A DNA stretch of 64,000 nucleotides from Veleropilina oligotropha (lineage: Eukaryota): contig JBEUKZ010000117.1 in assembly GCA_048128005.1 (NCBI GenBank), positions 248,001 through 312,000 on the forward strand, read 5' to 3'. The position numbers and the translations under genes are program-made. How positions within the stretch are numbered: position 1 is the stretch's first letter; each line of letters begins with the position of its first letter. The notes beneath the pieces were generated by a model. That model worked only from the letters and a program-made list of their open reading frames with translations, did no database searches and was not told the DNA's origin. Positions 62,374 to 64,000 of this stretch are shown one piece after another.

Positions 62374-64000
62374 TGTTATCTCTTATCGTCGTATCTTACT
62401 ATACTATATCGCACATTATACCCGTGAATTTATGTTACGATAGTGTAGATAATGTTCGTTGCGTACCATAGGCTACATACCTGCATATCGTTAATAAGGT
62501 TATGACTCCCAGTGATTCAAAATATTCCTTCAAATAAACTTTTTCCTTCTTTATTATGCGGGACACAACTCTCACACAAAAGACAGAGAAATGTCGCACC
62601 TAGCAAACTCGCACAGTGTTATATGCGATTACAACTGTCATAAGTTTACACACCTTATCCAATGAAATTTGTCATCTTTGTCACGTATTGATTGGACGCT
62701 GTGTATAGCTCTGAACGGTAAATATCGATCGATCGGTGTTGTTCTCAACCAGTTCAACATTTTCGAGGATCAACGAACGAGTGAAGCAGATAGCAGCTAC
62801 AGTCACCAGCGTGAATTGCCTTTACAAAGCCACCTGGAAATATACAAGCAATATTTTAACACATATGCTAATTTCCTTAGCAGGTTTATAAATTTGCACG
62901 GCGCTACGAGGACAAACTCAAACAATGTTCTACACATCAATAATTATGTCCCGAACCGATTACGGATGTCAGGCATACAGCTCAGTGAAGTCACATACAC
63001 AGACAAATACAAAACCAAATTTTAAAGTTGCTGATTCCGTGTATTTACGTAATTTACGTTCGAGTGTACACTACAAAAGGGGTATTGTGTATGTATCACC
63101 TACTCGTTTGATGTTTGTTAATAACGGGGATTGAATAATTGACCATGTGCAACATTTATGGACCAACACTCTATCCGCCAATCACTCAATTAATTATTGC
63201 GTTGCTAAGGTTATTTCTCGTACATGGGGTCAGATATATGTGAAAGAGGGTGGGGGGGGGGTTGAAATAGGTTTGGCACAATGTGTTGCTACTACCATAT
63301 AGTTAGTCAGGCAGAGGGGCCAAATGACACCAAAACCCCGGACTTATTTTCGTTGGTGTATCACTGGAAAGGTGTGTCAGGACCTGATGTCAGCCTGTTA
63401 AGAGTTTAAAACGAGTAGCTTCGTTAGTTTAAACCGTATTGAATTGGGATGAAAGTTACGTAAATTAGATTGACAGTTTATATCACTTGCATGCTTTTAA
63501 ATGGTCGTGCACGGGTCTCTTTCCGAGAGGCTTGTGGTTCAATACTCAATCCCAGTTGAAATCCCGTGGACAAGGCATTAAGCATAATATATGTGGCTCG
63601 ATTTCACCAATTCGATATAATTTTAGTTTCGGATATATCCATATTGTATCGTGTGTGTGTAAATTCGATGAACTCGGTGCGAGGTAAATAAACGCGGACC
63701 GCGTTTTATTATTTTAAATATTCAGTAGCGATTAATTTAAACGGTCGCAAATTACGGACGAAATTTGAGTGTTGAAAAGTCCTAACTTTTTGTTATAAAC
63801 AAAAAGTGTAATGCTGTTAGTTTTATTTTTAAAAAAGAAAGAGCGCATTTACGAGCAATAGTCTCTTTAAGTCGGTGACTTTTCGGAGTCGTCTACCGAA
63901 ACCACATATGCTGTTTGGACGTGTCTGCCGCTCTCCCAACAGTTCCCAAGATAGAACTATCATTTAGCTGACTCGCTCACCAAATGCTCAACTGCTGGTT

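Overview
AT-rich eukaryotic DNA, most likely from an invertebrate animal (judged from its transposon families; the species cannot be fixed from sequence alone). The window is a birth-and-death cluster of C2H2 (TGEKP-linker) zinc-finger genes saturated with transposons. Two long finger-only ORFs survive (10966-12534 on +, 17 intact fingers; 61339-62373 on -, 11 intact fingers), alongside at least six pseudogene relics of two or more paralog types. The main type sits in a duplicated cassette: splice acceptor and leader, finger array, conserved last finger and 3' region, then an antisense LINE ORF1/endonuclease relic. Cassette copies face + on the left and - on the right. Insertions include CR1/L2-type and RTE-X-like LINE fragments, two tRNA-derived SINE families, a 5'-truncated GC-rich Gypsy element, a decayed LTR element with 4-bp TSD, an Academ-like transposase relic, non-autonomous Helitrons and Helentron-type elements, 5-bp-TSD MITEs, and four unrelated families sharing an inverted-motif-plus-hairpin (Crypton-like) design. 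Most notable: PRDM9-like finger shuffling with differences concentrated at DNA-contact positions, a four-fold two-finger repeat, no visible effector domain, and a minisatellite born from finger codons. All alignments were read by eye.
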